In this document: in pieces, positions 1-8,655 of the stretch
Layout of the letters: each line of letters begins with the position of its first letter
Position numbering within the stretch: the first letter of the stretch is position 1
Assembly: GCA_963715865.1 (NCBI GenBank)
Contig: OY970280.1
Location: 1,696,001 to 1,760,000, forward strand
Length of the DNA: 64,000 nucleotides
Direction of reading: 5' to 3'
From: Candidatus Bathyarchaeota archaeon
GTDB taxonomy: Archaea; Thermoproteota; Bathyarchaeia; Bathyarchaeales; Bathycorpusculaceae
The notes under the pieces: model-generated
What the model was told of the DNA's origin: nothing
Databases searched by the model: none
What the model saw: the letters and a program-made list of their open reading frames with translations, nothing else
Program-made: the position numbers and the translations under genes

Positions 1-4
1 CGTC

Positions 5-856
5 CTATGGGCTAATCGTTAATGCCCTCGCTGTCCAAGGCATACTGTTAGTGACTACTTCAGCAGGAGCCTTCTTATCCAGCTTGTTCGTGTCATACCG
101 CATCCCCGTGAAAGCATAACTATCCGTGCCAATAGTGACAGTTACGGCGTTGTCGCTATCCGCGAAGCATGCATCCAAGAAACTTTCCATTGACGCAAGG
201 TACGCAAGTTTAATGTTGCCCGTAAACGCTCTCGCTCTTGGAACAATATATTTACTGAAAGCTCCTGCAATGCCTGCTGTTGCGGGAATAACGGGGTATC
301 GCTGCAACGTATTTTTAATAGTGAAATCCCAATCACTTACTACGTCAAGTGCGCTGCTTATCGTTACGACCGTATCATACCACGCCTTCGGCGAACCTGC
401 ATCGCTCGCGTATGTTGCGCCACTCACCATTGTACGTGTGGCATCTATGCTGATAGCCTCGCATGAAATTTTTACTTCTACGTTTCCGTCAACTTTTGCA
501 CTGACCTGTGCAGAATCAACAATGCAACCACGATAACGCATATAGTAAACTGTGCTGTCGTCTGGGCTAATCATCTGATCTTCCAGCGTGAAACTTGTGC
601 GTGCTAACGCTAACTTCAGAAAAGCGCTTGTTTCATAGGTATAAGTAAACTCTATTTTAGGCTTTTTATGCCCCAAACGAATGTACGCGAGGTCAGGCGT
701 GCCAACAGCGGGAATCTTTATTGTTGCCGGGTCATGGCTGGGACTAGTCTCCGTGACTACTCCAAGCCATAAAAACGAGGGAGTCGTCGGCGTAGTACCT
801 GGAACTGTTTCCGCAATATAGTACAGCTTATGATTTGCTGCAGTGAAAATACTCAT
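5..856 (-). CDS. Major tail tube protein
   Basis: 283 aa, beta-rich, follows neck genes. GGAGG SD favours the ATG at 856 over 874. Confidence 0.7.
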   Translation of the reverse strand: MSIFTAANHKLYYIAETVPGTTPTTPSFLWLGVVTETSPSHDPATIKIPAVGTPDLAYIRLGHKKPKIEFTYTYETSAFLKLALARTSFTLEDQMISPDDSTVYYMRYRGCIVDSAQVSAKVDGNVEVKISCEAISIDATRTMVSGATYASDAGSPKAWYDTVVTISSALDVVSDWDFTIKNTLQRYPVIPATAGIAGAFSKYIVPRARAFTGNIKLAYLASMESFLDACFADSDNAVTVTIGTDSYAFTGMRYDTNKLDKKAPAEVVTNSMPWTARALTISP

Positions 857-901
857 TTTTTTTGTTTCCTCCATTTTTTATTTTTTGTACATTAAGTACC
901 G

Positions 902-1336
902 TCAAGTTTTCTTATGGAAATACCGGGCGTTAACCGTCAAGGTGTGACGCAGTAAATTCTCAGCATCCCCAGCCTTCTCAGCAACAACACTAATAAAATT
1001 AACGCCTGACAACCCAGTCTGGTAAGCATGAATAATATTTCGGATAAGCTCAACAATTTTCTCGCGATCACTAGCACAAGTTGATGAACTCTTCACAGTT
1101 ACTTCTACAGTGATAGGTTCATCAACCTGCCACCAACCCGGCGAAATAGGCTTGACCCGAGCAGGAGCCGCCTTGTACGTAGTAATCAAGTAAACCTGAG
1201 TTACCTGATGCAGCTGCTTAGGCAAATCATACTGCAGTTTACCCCAAAAAATACTTGCTTTCGGAACCGCCTGAGCATCAGCCCATTGGGCCTGCAGAAG
1301 CGCATTCAATTTGTCACTATTACTTAAAACAGACAT
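902..1336 (-). CDS. Tail terminator/completion-like protein
   Basis: 144 aa, directly upstream of the tail tube gene, ends in the typical beta-strand (HTLTVNARYF), GGTGA SD. Confidence 0.55.
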   Translation of the reverse strand: MSVLSNSDKLNALLQAQWADAQAVPKASIFWGKLQYDLPKQLHQVTQVYLITTYKAAPARVKPISPGWWQVDEPITVEVTVKSSSTCASDREKIVELIRNIIHAYQTGLSGVNFISVVAEKAGDAENLLRHTLTVNARYFHKKT

Positions 1337-1345
1337 TACAGTTAG

Positions 1346-1459
1346 TCACCTTAAATAATCTGGATTTTTCGGACACGCAAGCTTCACATAGCACTGGCTA
1401 CATGTTTTTATGTGAAGCTCGGTTTTACCGTAGTAACATGCTTCGTCTGTTTGACTCAT
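1346..1459 (-). CDS. 37-aa Cys-rich protein (MSQTDEACYYGKTELHIKTCSQCYVKLACPKNPDYLR)
   Basis: Manual translation. Fills the gap between coupled genes; four Cys. Confidence 0.5.
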   Translation of the reverse strand: MSQTDEACYYGKTELHIKTCSQCYVKLACPKNPDYLR

Positions 1460-1461
1460 TT

Positions 1462-1671
1462 TTACGCGCCTGTCTCGCATTCCTCTCCTTTTGCTTCCAC
1501 GTCTTCCCCAGACCTAATAAGACGACTGAATTCAACGCTTGACAAAACTTGGTTAGACCCGTCTACGCGGGCGATTATGCGACTGCCACGTACGCGCCAT
1601 TTGCCGATTATGGCGTTTGTGACGATTGTGGTGTTGCCTGCGTCACCAAGTTTCTTAACGACTCGGCTCAT
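1462..1671 (-). CDS. Hypothetical viral protein, 69 aa
   Basis: ATG at 1671 overlaps the upstream stop (ATGA). Confidence 0.6.
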   Translation of the reverse strand: MSRVVKKLGDAGNTTIVTNAIIGKWRVRGSRIIARVDGSNQVLSSVEFSRLIRSGEDVEAKGEECETGA

Positions 1672-2471
1672 GGGTTGATCAAGCCTCCACGCCAATGAGG
1701 TATTTCTGTTCCTAACTGAGCTTCAGCGCTCATAGCAACCGTGCTAAAATTCATAAGCATACGGGTTAAATCGTCCTGGTAAGCTTGAACCGCACTTTTA
1801 TACGCGAATGTACTCACAGCCGCCTTCGCAATGGATAAGTCGCCTAAACGGTAGTCTGTGGCACCAACAAGCATGCCGCCGCTCGCAGCCACCAAAACGC
1901 CAAGGCAAGCCATATCCAAAGCCGCCAACATCGCAAACGGATAACGCGGATCACCTGATAAAACGCCTGGTATAAGGCTGTTTATGTACCTGTTCGCATG
2001 ATCAACCTGCGCTTGTATTCCTTGTTGGGATACTGGTAAACCGTAAACCGTGTAGGTGCCTGACGAGTCGGGTCCTTGAACGTTCAGGTGCGCCATAACT
2101 TCGCTGAGCGTGGTGAATGTGGGCAATGTAGGCGATGTGATTGGTTGCAACGGAAAAATTATGTAGAATACGCCTATTGTTGGAAAAGTCTGCGTGGCGC
2201 CGCTGGGCAAAGTAACGATGAATAAGCCTGTGCAGACGCCGTAAAAGTTGGTGTCACCTGTGCTCCAGTCATATTGCACTGTTCCCGCTGTCGGGCTAAT
2301 AACAGTTGCTGGTTTACTGAACAGGATTTGTCCGTTTTGGCTTATTTGAAAAACAACTGTGCAACCACCAGCTAAATTGAATACGGTGCCGTCATTGTTC
2401 TGCATGGTTGCAACTATGCTGGGCGACAAGTCGCCTGTGTTCATTTCAACGTTTGGAATAGACATTTTCAT
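1668..2471 (-). CDS. BppU-like Ig domain fused to a head-tail adaptor domain
   Basis: N-half DLSPSIV...AGTVQYDWSTGDT resembles the BppU N-terminal domain. C-half FTTLSEVMAHL...QVDHANRYINS resembles HK97 gp6/SPP1 gp15 adaptors. Confidence 0.6.
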   Translation of the reverse strand: MKMSIPNVEMNTGDLSPSIVATMQNNDGTVFNLAGGCTVVFQISQNGQILFSKPATVISPTAGTVQYDWSTGDTNFYGVCTGLFIVTLPSGATQTFPTIGVFYIIFPLQPITSPTLPTFTTLSEVMAHLNVQGPDSSGTYTVYGLPVSQQGIQAQVDHANRYINSLIPGVLSGDPRYPFAMLAALDMACLGVLVAASGGMLVGATDYRLGDLSIAKAAVSTFAYKSAVQAYQDDLTRMLMNFSTVAMSAEAQLGTEIPHWRGGLINP

Positions 2472-2483
2472 TTCTTCCTTTTT

Positions 2484-2894
2484 TTACGGTGCTGTCCCCG
2501 TAATTGTTATCACAAAGTTAAATGCTGCGCCTAATGTACTGGATGGAGAAACTGTTAAAGTGAACATTGCATAACAGGAGCCAGAAGCTGATAAAGAATA
2601 GTTTGTGCAGTTCCAAGATAAAGTTAGGTAAGACGGAAGATTTGTGGTTGACATCGTTAGCGTCTCAGCGGCATTACCAGTATTAGTTAAGGAAACTAAA
2701 GACGTGACAGATGTACCCGGGTCGATTGTTCCCCAATTGATAGAAGTAGGATTGGCAGTTAGATTGATAGTAATGATTTGTCCTGTGCTTGTAATTTGCT
2801 GCGTAACTGTTAAAATGCTGGATGCGATGGCTAACGCTAAAACAAATATCAACATGATGGCTGCAACAATAACTTTTTTGCTTAACATTTCCAT
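2484..2894 (-). CDS. Secreted or membrane-anchored Ig-like beta protein
   Basis: KK plus hydrophobic N-terminus, Ser/Thr-rich beta strands, N-x-S/T sequons. Confidence 0.65.
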   Translation of the reverse strand: MEMLSKKVIVAAIMLIFVLALAIASSILTVTQQITSTGQIITINLTANPTSINWGTIDPGTSVTSLVSLTNTGNAAETLTMSTTNLPSYLTLSWNCTNYSLSASGSCYAMFTLTVSPSSTLGAAFNFVITITGTAP

Positions 2895-2904
2895 TTTTCG
2901 CCTG

Positions 2905-3078
2905 TTAATCTGAATCGCTTTGAAGCGTAACCGTGCCTTTTTCAGTCTCTAAAATTACAGTACCCAAATTCGTCTGCAATATTGCTTGACCAGTGCTGTC
3001 CGTTAAATTTACTGCATGCGTCGGCAACGGCAGTGGCATTTTCTGGAAAAAAAACTTTAACAAGATGACGTCAAGCAT
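2905..3078 (-). CDS. Hypothetical viral protein, 57 aa
   Basis: Manual translation (MLDVILLKFFFQKMPLPLP...); fills the gap in the operon. Confidence 0.5.
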   Translation of the reverse strand: MLDVILLKFFFQKMPLPLPTHAVNLTDSTGQAILQTNLGTVILETEKGTVTLQSDSD

Positions 3079-3084
3079 TTTTAA

Positions 3085-5299
3085 TCACCATTCAGTTCCA
3101 TCGATGATAGCCCTGTATTTTTCCACGTAGTTCATAGCCATGATTCTGCGGCTGAACTTCTCAGCGTTATGCCTGCACATCTTCGCTGAAATATGCAAAT
3201 GATCCACAGCGTATGCCACAGCGTCCGCCATTGCTTCAGCGTCAGCGCAAACGACTCCGCCTTCCTTAACGGTTTCAGGCATGGCACCATCCGCCAAAAC
3301 AATCGCGGGCGTGCCACATGCCATCGCTTCGATAGGCACAAGCCCGAAGGGTTCACCCATCCGTGAAGGAACAAGCACGGCTTTCGCATTCTGCATTAAC
3401 TCAACTTTAGTCGCGTTGTCCGCATCAACATATATTTTAACGCGGTCACCATCACAGCGATTCTTAATCTGCTGCAAATAATTTGGGTCTTGCACAAATG
3501 AGCCGCCCACCAAATCAATCGGCAAATTAAGCTTTTCAGCTACGGCTAAAGCAACATGCGGCTGTTTAAACACGTCAAAACGCCCAACAAACAAGAGCCT
3601 ATTAGATTTCTGGCTTTTAAGCGGGTATTTGTTGAGGTCCACGCCATTATATACTCGCTGTGAAACCATCCCTTGTTGCTGGTAAACTTTTTGCATCCAG
3701 TCAGATATCGCTATGAAATTCAGATGGAACGGCGGCTTCTGCTTTAGCCACCACTCAGGATTTAATCCGCCGTGGTGAGTATGGCAAACTTTCAATTCAG
3801 GATGCTTAGCTTTAGAAAGATACTCGAAGCCAAGCCAGTTATGACCGTGAATTATGTCAAACTGCGTGAGCTGCGCCTCTATTTTGCGGTGTGCATCACG
3901 TTCAGTAGCAACCCAATCATGCTCTACTCTGTCGAATGGTGCACCGATAGAAACAATGCTGCATCCAGGAACAGCGGAACCGTCAGGCGCGAACACGGTG
4001 ACTTCGTGACCCATCAACGCGAGTTCTTCAGCGAGATCATAAACGATTTGTTCTAAGCCGCCGTAGTTTTGAGGCGGTACAGTGAATATAGGTGTACTCA
4101 GTAACCCAATTTTCAGTTTTGCATCCTTAGATTTAGCCGTGTGGACATGTATGGGTGCTTCTGTTTTGGACAGAATCAAAATGCCTGACGCTTCAGTTTT
4201 GCTTAATGTTCCTTTGGGTACAAGTTCAGCGCAGAAAAAGCTCCAGCCGTCATAACTGAGGACTTCAACTTTCGACTCGTAATCAGATGGCATTGACTTA
4301 TCAAGGAGTTGCTGGAAAGATTCAGGCGTATCCCAACGCACATGGTAGAGGTGCATGCCGCCGTCGCTTACATCAAATTCCTTGCAAGTTGGATTAGATT
4401 CTTTGCCTTCTGTGACGAGGTCTTTGCCTGTGCGCTTCATGTTTTCCTCCACAGTCTCGTAAGGACGCAGCACTGCAGCCCAATCTTTCGGGTTCGGCGT
4501 AGTAATCAAAACCCGTCGTGCAACGCGCAAAGCGCCTTTTATGAGGACGTCGGGGGTTTTGGAGTGCTCAACGATTTCGCCTAAAACGGCGGTGTCAAAC
4601 TGTTTATCTCGGAAGCCGCTTTCCTCTTCAGATATGAGTTTGTGCGCGTCTAACTTGTGGAATCTTGGCAGGTCATAAACATCCATGTCCACGCTTGTCA
4701 CCTGGTCTTCAAAGCCGCTGTGCAGAAATACTTGGCCTGTGTTGCAGCCGATGTTTATGATTGATTCGCCTTTGCGGATTTGCCTGAGGATCCATACGCT
4801 TCTGTCTTCCATTCGGTTAGCGGTTAATATCATGTCGGTGCTGCATTGGGGATGGCAGCGGACAACGATGCACATGAAGCCTAATTTTTGGAATAGTTCA
4901 GCGAGGTATTTTGGGCTGAAACCGCATTTGTGTGCGCCGCTACTGTTTTCTTGTCCGCCGAACAGCATGCAACTGGAATCTTGTGTCCATTCGCCTTTCA
5001 ACGTGATTTGCCGGCACTGTTCCTGCGTGTTTGCGGTGACGATTTCGACTTTGCCGTTTAATGAGAGGATGCGGTGTAACTCAGAAATGAACTGTTCAAG
5101 ATTGCGCCAGCTTATGTGCTCGATTGCGTAAGCGCTATAAACGTAGTCGTAGGCGCCTGATTCTGAAGGGCAGGGGCTTCTCAAAATCCGCGACTAAATC
5201 AACTGTGGGTAAGGCTCGGTTATCAACGTTCAACCCGTTACCAAGAAGCTTGGAAAACCTCGGATTCTCGCCGCCGCCAAGCTCTATATTTTTCATCAT
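3085..5299 (-). CDS. Tandem SAM methyltransferase-methyltransferase-GT4 glycosyltransferase fusion, one frameshift near 5164
   Basis: Frame from ATG 5299 gives IELGGG...DLVADFEKPLPF; the 699-aa frame continues ESGAYDYVYSAYAIEH, a second MTase (NIGCNTG...EIVEH) and GT4 (YGGLE...EPFGLVPIEAMACG). About 737 aa if joined. Confidence 0.8.
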
Positions 5300-6195
5300 A
5301 TTACTCCTTTTTCGATGTTTAGTTGGTATTGGACTTGTTCAAGACTCATGGCATAGCTGCATGACCCGCATAGTTCAATTGTACCGCGTTTTCCCGTTCT
5401 GTGCAGCTCACGCAAACCATCCATGCTACGCCAAACCTCAAGAACACTCTGTTTATTTACGTCTCCAACGATGTTTCTGCCGTTGGGGTCATAGCAGCAC
5501 GCGCAGACTTCGCCGTTCCATAAGATAACCATGCAACCGTAAATCATGCTGCAGGGAACATCAATCGGGTTATTTGCGCAGTTGCCGTTGATGTCTTTGT
5601 TCGTTGTCAAATTATGGAATGAAATCAAACTGCCGTATTGCTGCGTGAGTAGGTCGCGCTCCAAGTCAGATATGATGTTTGCGGACGCGCCTAAACTCAC
5701 GGTTACGCCAGAGCCAGACAAAGCCTCAAGTAAACCGCGGAGCCGGTGCAAATTCTCTTTAGGCAAGCCAATGAGGCGCTCGTAGGTTTCGTCGAAGTAA
5801 GCGTAGGCGCTGAAAGACAAAAGCAAGTTTTTAACTGTCTTCAATTTTGCTATGACATTTTCATCGATGCAACTGAAGTTTGTTGGCACCGCGATTTTTG
5901 TATTTGGCAACTTCTCATTAATTTTTTGGAGAATAAGGTGCCAATCTGGGTTTAGGAAGAATTCGCCGTAATGCACAGGCACAATTTCCCTGCAAGGCTG
6001 CTTCCAACTAGAGACCTCATCAAGAATTTTATCGATTAGTTGCATGCTCATTTTGCCTTTAGGACGCGTCATAGACCTGTAACCGCAGAACACGCATCGG
6101 GCATTGCAGAAGCCGTAGGTTTCAAGATGCAAATACGGGTATTCTAAAGGTTTTAAGGTATCACGGTAATATTCGGTGTACTCTTGACAATTCAT
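5296..6195 (-). CDS. Radical SAM/SPASM domain protein
   Basis: CNARCVFC (CxxxCxxC) and C-terminal C...CACC...CxxC; ATGA overlap at 6195. Confidence 0.88.
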   Translation of the reverse strand: MNCQEYTEYYRDTLKPLEYPYLHLETYGFCNARCVFCGYRSMTRPKGKMSMQLIDKILDEVSSWKQPCREIVPVHYGEFFLNPDWHLILQKINEKLPNTKIAVPTNFSCIDENVIAKLKTVKNLLLSFSAYAYFDETYERLIGLPKENLHRLRGLLEALSGSGVTVSLGASANIISDLERDLLTQQYGSLISFHNLTTNKDINGNCANNPIDVPCSMIYGCMVILWNGEVCACCYDPNGRNIVGDVNKQSVLEVWRSMDGLRELHRTGKRGTIELCGSCSYAMSLEQVQYQLNIEKGVI

Positions 6196-7190
6196 TGCCA
6201 GAACACCTTGTATTTTTCGCGGATGATTGCCCACGTGTTTTTTAACGCTGTTGCCCTAGCATTCAAACCCATTTCCGCAACTTTATCAGGATTCTTTTGG
6301 AAAAACTTGATTTTCTCCGCGATTGCATCTGGACTTCTTATCGGCACCACAAACCCATCTACGCCTTCAGTGATTAATTCGTTGGCGCCTGCGCCTTCAG
6401 TCACAATCACAGGACGCCCATAACTCATAGCTTCCAACACAGGAATTCCGAAGCCTTCCGTCACAGACGGTTGCACGTAAACGCTTATTCTTTTGTAGAA
6501 TTCTGCTGTATCGGGGATTACGCCTGCGCCGCCTAAACTTTCCGTGCCAGGTCCTGCCAGCCGCGCCTGAACATCGACTTGCTTGAGCGCTTGCACGTAA
6601 TAGATTTGCCCTTTGTCAGGTCCGTTTACGCCAAGGTGTCCAACCGTGAATGTTTCGGGCATAGGCGGGATTTCTTTAGGCGGGTTGCATCCATGCGGAA
6701 TAACTGTGTAATCGGAGATTCCGAGTTTCTGTTTGAGGTATTCGCCGCTTACTTTGCTGTGAACTATAACGGTGTCAGCGGTTGCGACGTGGCGCATGTA
6801 CAACTGAAAAAGCGTTGGGTTGTTGAGGTGCGGATAAGGAAAATTGTAGCCGAGTTTTTGGTGTTCTTCTCGGCTTAATTCAATGTTGTGGGGTGCTACG
6901 TCAGCGATGATTTGTGCGCTGTGCCGCTGCCTAATGTTTAGCGTAGTTAAGGGAAAAGGGCTGCCGTAAATTACGGCTGTTTGTGCGTCAGGGCTGAAAA
7001 GGCTCGCAAAGTAGTCGTATAGGAAAGGCGATTCAGGCTGCTCATATAGTATGGGACTACATGTTTTAGCGTCTATGATCCAGTTTAGGCATGTGGATTC
7101 TTTGAGGGCTTGTATTATGTTTTGGCAGACTACGCCGCCGCCCGTGTCATTGCGGATTAAGGTGTTAGTGACGAAGCAACTGGATTTCAT
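6192..7190 (-). CDS. Glycosyltransferase family 4 (GT-B)
   Basis: EGFGIPVLEAMSYG motif, 332 aa. Confidence 0.9.
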   Translation of the reverse strand: MKSSCFVTNTLIRNDTGGGVVCQNIIQALKESTCLNWIIDAKTCSPILYEQPESPFLYDYFASLFSPDAQTAVIYGSPFPLTTLNIRQRHSAQIIADVAPHNIELSREEHQKLGYNFPYPHLNNPTLFQLYMRHVATADTVIVHSKVSGEYLKQKLGISDYTVIPHGCNPPKEIPPMPETFTVGHLGVNGPDKGQIYYVQALKQVDVQARLAGPGTESLGGAGVIPDTAEFYKRISVYVQPSVTEGFGIPVLEAMSYGRPVIVTEGAGANELITEGVDGFVVPIRSPDAIAEKIKFFQKNPDKVAEMGLNARATALKNTWAIIREKYKVFWQ

Positions 7191-7204
7191 TCAGTTTTTG
7201 CCTC

Positions 7205-7903
7205 TTAGATTGAAAGAACCGACACTTCCCCGCTTGTCTTAACCTTCATTTGTCCTGCATGACTAAATTTTACGTCAGTGAACACTTTTGTTTCGTAACC
7301 ATATTTTTTGGCTAACATGCAAAAATAAAAGTCCTCTGAAGGCGCTATCTGATCCCATACGAACCATGGTTCAGGGATTTTCTCGAAGACTTCACGTTTT
7401 ATGAGGATGAAGCCGAATCCTGTGACGTCTACAGGTATCCAGTTGCTTCCCTTTATCCATTCATTGATGGCTGCGAAGTGGTTGTGGTCGCCTATGTCCA
7501 TCCACATGGCGTAAGGGTTGCCCTGGGCTTGTTTAGCACGGTACAAGGCGCCTGCAATCGGAGCGTTTAAACTGAGCAGTTGACGCAAGGACTGATTAAT
7601 GTCTGTCGGCGACTCAGGAATCATGTCAGAATCCACAAACAACAGGTGCGTCACATTCGGGTTTGCTAACGCATCTTTCACCATTTGATTCCGCGTTGTG
7701 TCAAGCGGTGCGCCGCGGCTGATTATGGTGACTTTGTCGAAGTCAGGTTGAGCCGTGTATTTTAATGGAGTATAGGTGGTTTCTGCCCATTCTAATGTGA
7801 CGTTGCCTTCATGGGGAATGCAGATGCAGATTAAGGGTTTTTGCTGTTGTTTATTGTTGAAACCGCTGCTTTTTTCATTCTCGATTTTCTCGTTCCATGC
7901 CAT
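7205..7903 (-). CDS. GT-A (GT2-like) glycosyltransferase
   Basis: FVDSD DxD motif, VTGFGFILI, SEDFYFC, C-terminal His. Confidence 0.85.
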   Translation of the reverse strand: MAWNEKIENEKSSGFNNKQQQKPLICICIPHEGNVTLEWAETTYTPLKYTAQPDFDKVTIISRGAPLDTTRNQMVKDALANPNVTHLLFVDSDMIPESPTDINQSLRQLLSLNAPIAGALYRAKQAQGNPYAMWMDIGDHNHFAAINEWIKGSNWIPVDVTGFGFILIKREVFEKIPEPWFVWDQIAPSEDFYFCMLAKKYGYETKVFTDVKFSHAGQMKVKTSGEVSVLSI

Positions 7904-7919
7904 AAATAATCAACCTCAT

Positions 7920-8630
7920 CTAAAACTGTATCCACGCCGTTGGAGCACCACCGCCTCCAGACGCAAAGAAAGTGGCGATGCAACCAGCAAACCCATCGAT
8001 ACTGTCAGGGTCATCAACACTGCTACTTGCGGTTCCAGTTGAAGAAACAATTTTCTCTAAATATGCATTTCCAAGGTTAGGCGATACTTGTACCCCGTCA
8101 AGCAATGTAAAACCATTAGCTGGATTTGACAAATTGCCATAGGCTTCTGCTGCTACACTTCCAATCCATAATTCGTTAGCTTGTGTCGTTGCAGACGTTG
8201 TGCCAGTGTCCATTATTTTGGGGTTTGATATTGCGAAATTGCTTGCTGTTTGGTCAAGAAAACTGCTTGTTGCCACTCCACTGTACTCGCAAATATTAGC
8301 AACAGAAGCATAACTTGGAGTTCCTGACAAGTTCACGGTAATATTTTTAGATGCACCTGAACCAACTACTCCTAACCATATTTCAGAATCCAGCCAAAAA
8401 TGACCATCACCATACGGATAACCATTGATGCTTTTCTGTTTAGTCCATGCCACATTGGTTTGGCTGATGCTTGAAACAGTTACAGCACCATTATAATCCG
8501 ATATGCCTATCGTGGCTATCAAAACGTTTCCTGAGGCAGGCGTGTTAGTCATAGACGGTGAAATCGAACTGCCACTTCCAACTGCATGACCATTAGTGGA
8601 GCCGTCGCCTTGAACCCGCGTTATAGTCAT
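7920..8630 (-). CDS. Putative virion beta-sandwich protein (spike tip/receptor-binding-like)
   Basis: MTITRVQG start, Ser/Thr/Gly-rich strands, located right after the repeat spike gene. Confidence 0.5.
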   Translation of the reverse strand: MTITRVQGDGSTNGHAVGSGSSISPSMTNTPASGNVLIATIGISDYNGAVTVSSISQTNVAWTKQKSINGYPYGDGHFWLDSEIWLGVVGSGASKNITVNLSGTPSYASVANICEYSGVATSSFLDQTASNFAISNPKIMDTGTTSATTQANELWIGSVAAEAYGNLSNPANGFTLLDGVQVSPNLGNAYLEKIVSSTGTASSSVDDPDSIDGFAGCIATFFASGGGGAPTAWIQF

Positions 8631-8655
8631 TTAGTTTCCCCAGTCCATTTAATAA

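Noticed and set aside
1174-1185. Functional role for the 12-mer copy inside the tail terminator gene
   Set aside because: Isolated, encodes ITTYK and lacks the flanking arm sequence; may be coincidental.
3085-7903. DNA hypermodification role for the viral GT cluster
   Set aside because: Late structural context and no nucleotide kinase, hydroxymethylase or polymerase nearby; not excluded, but less likely than protein glycosylation.
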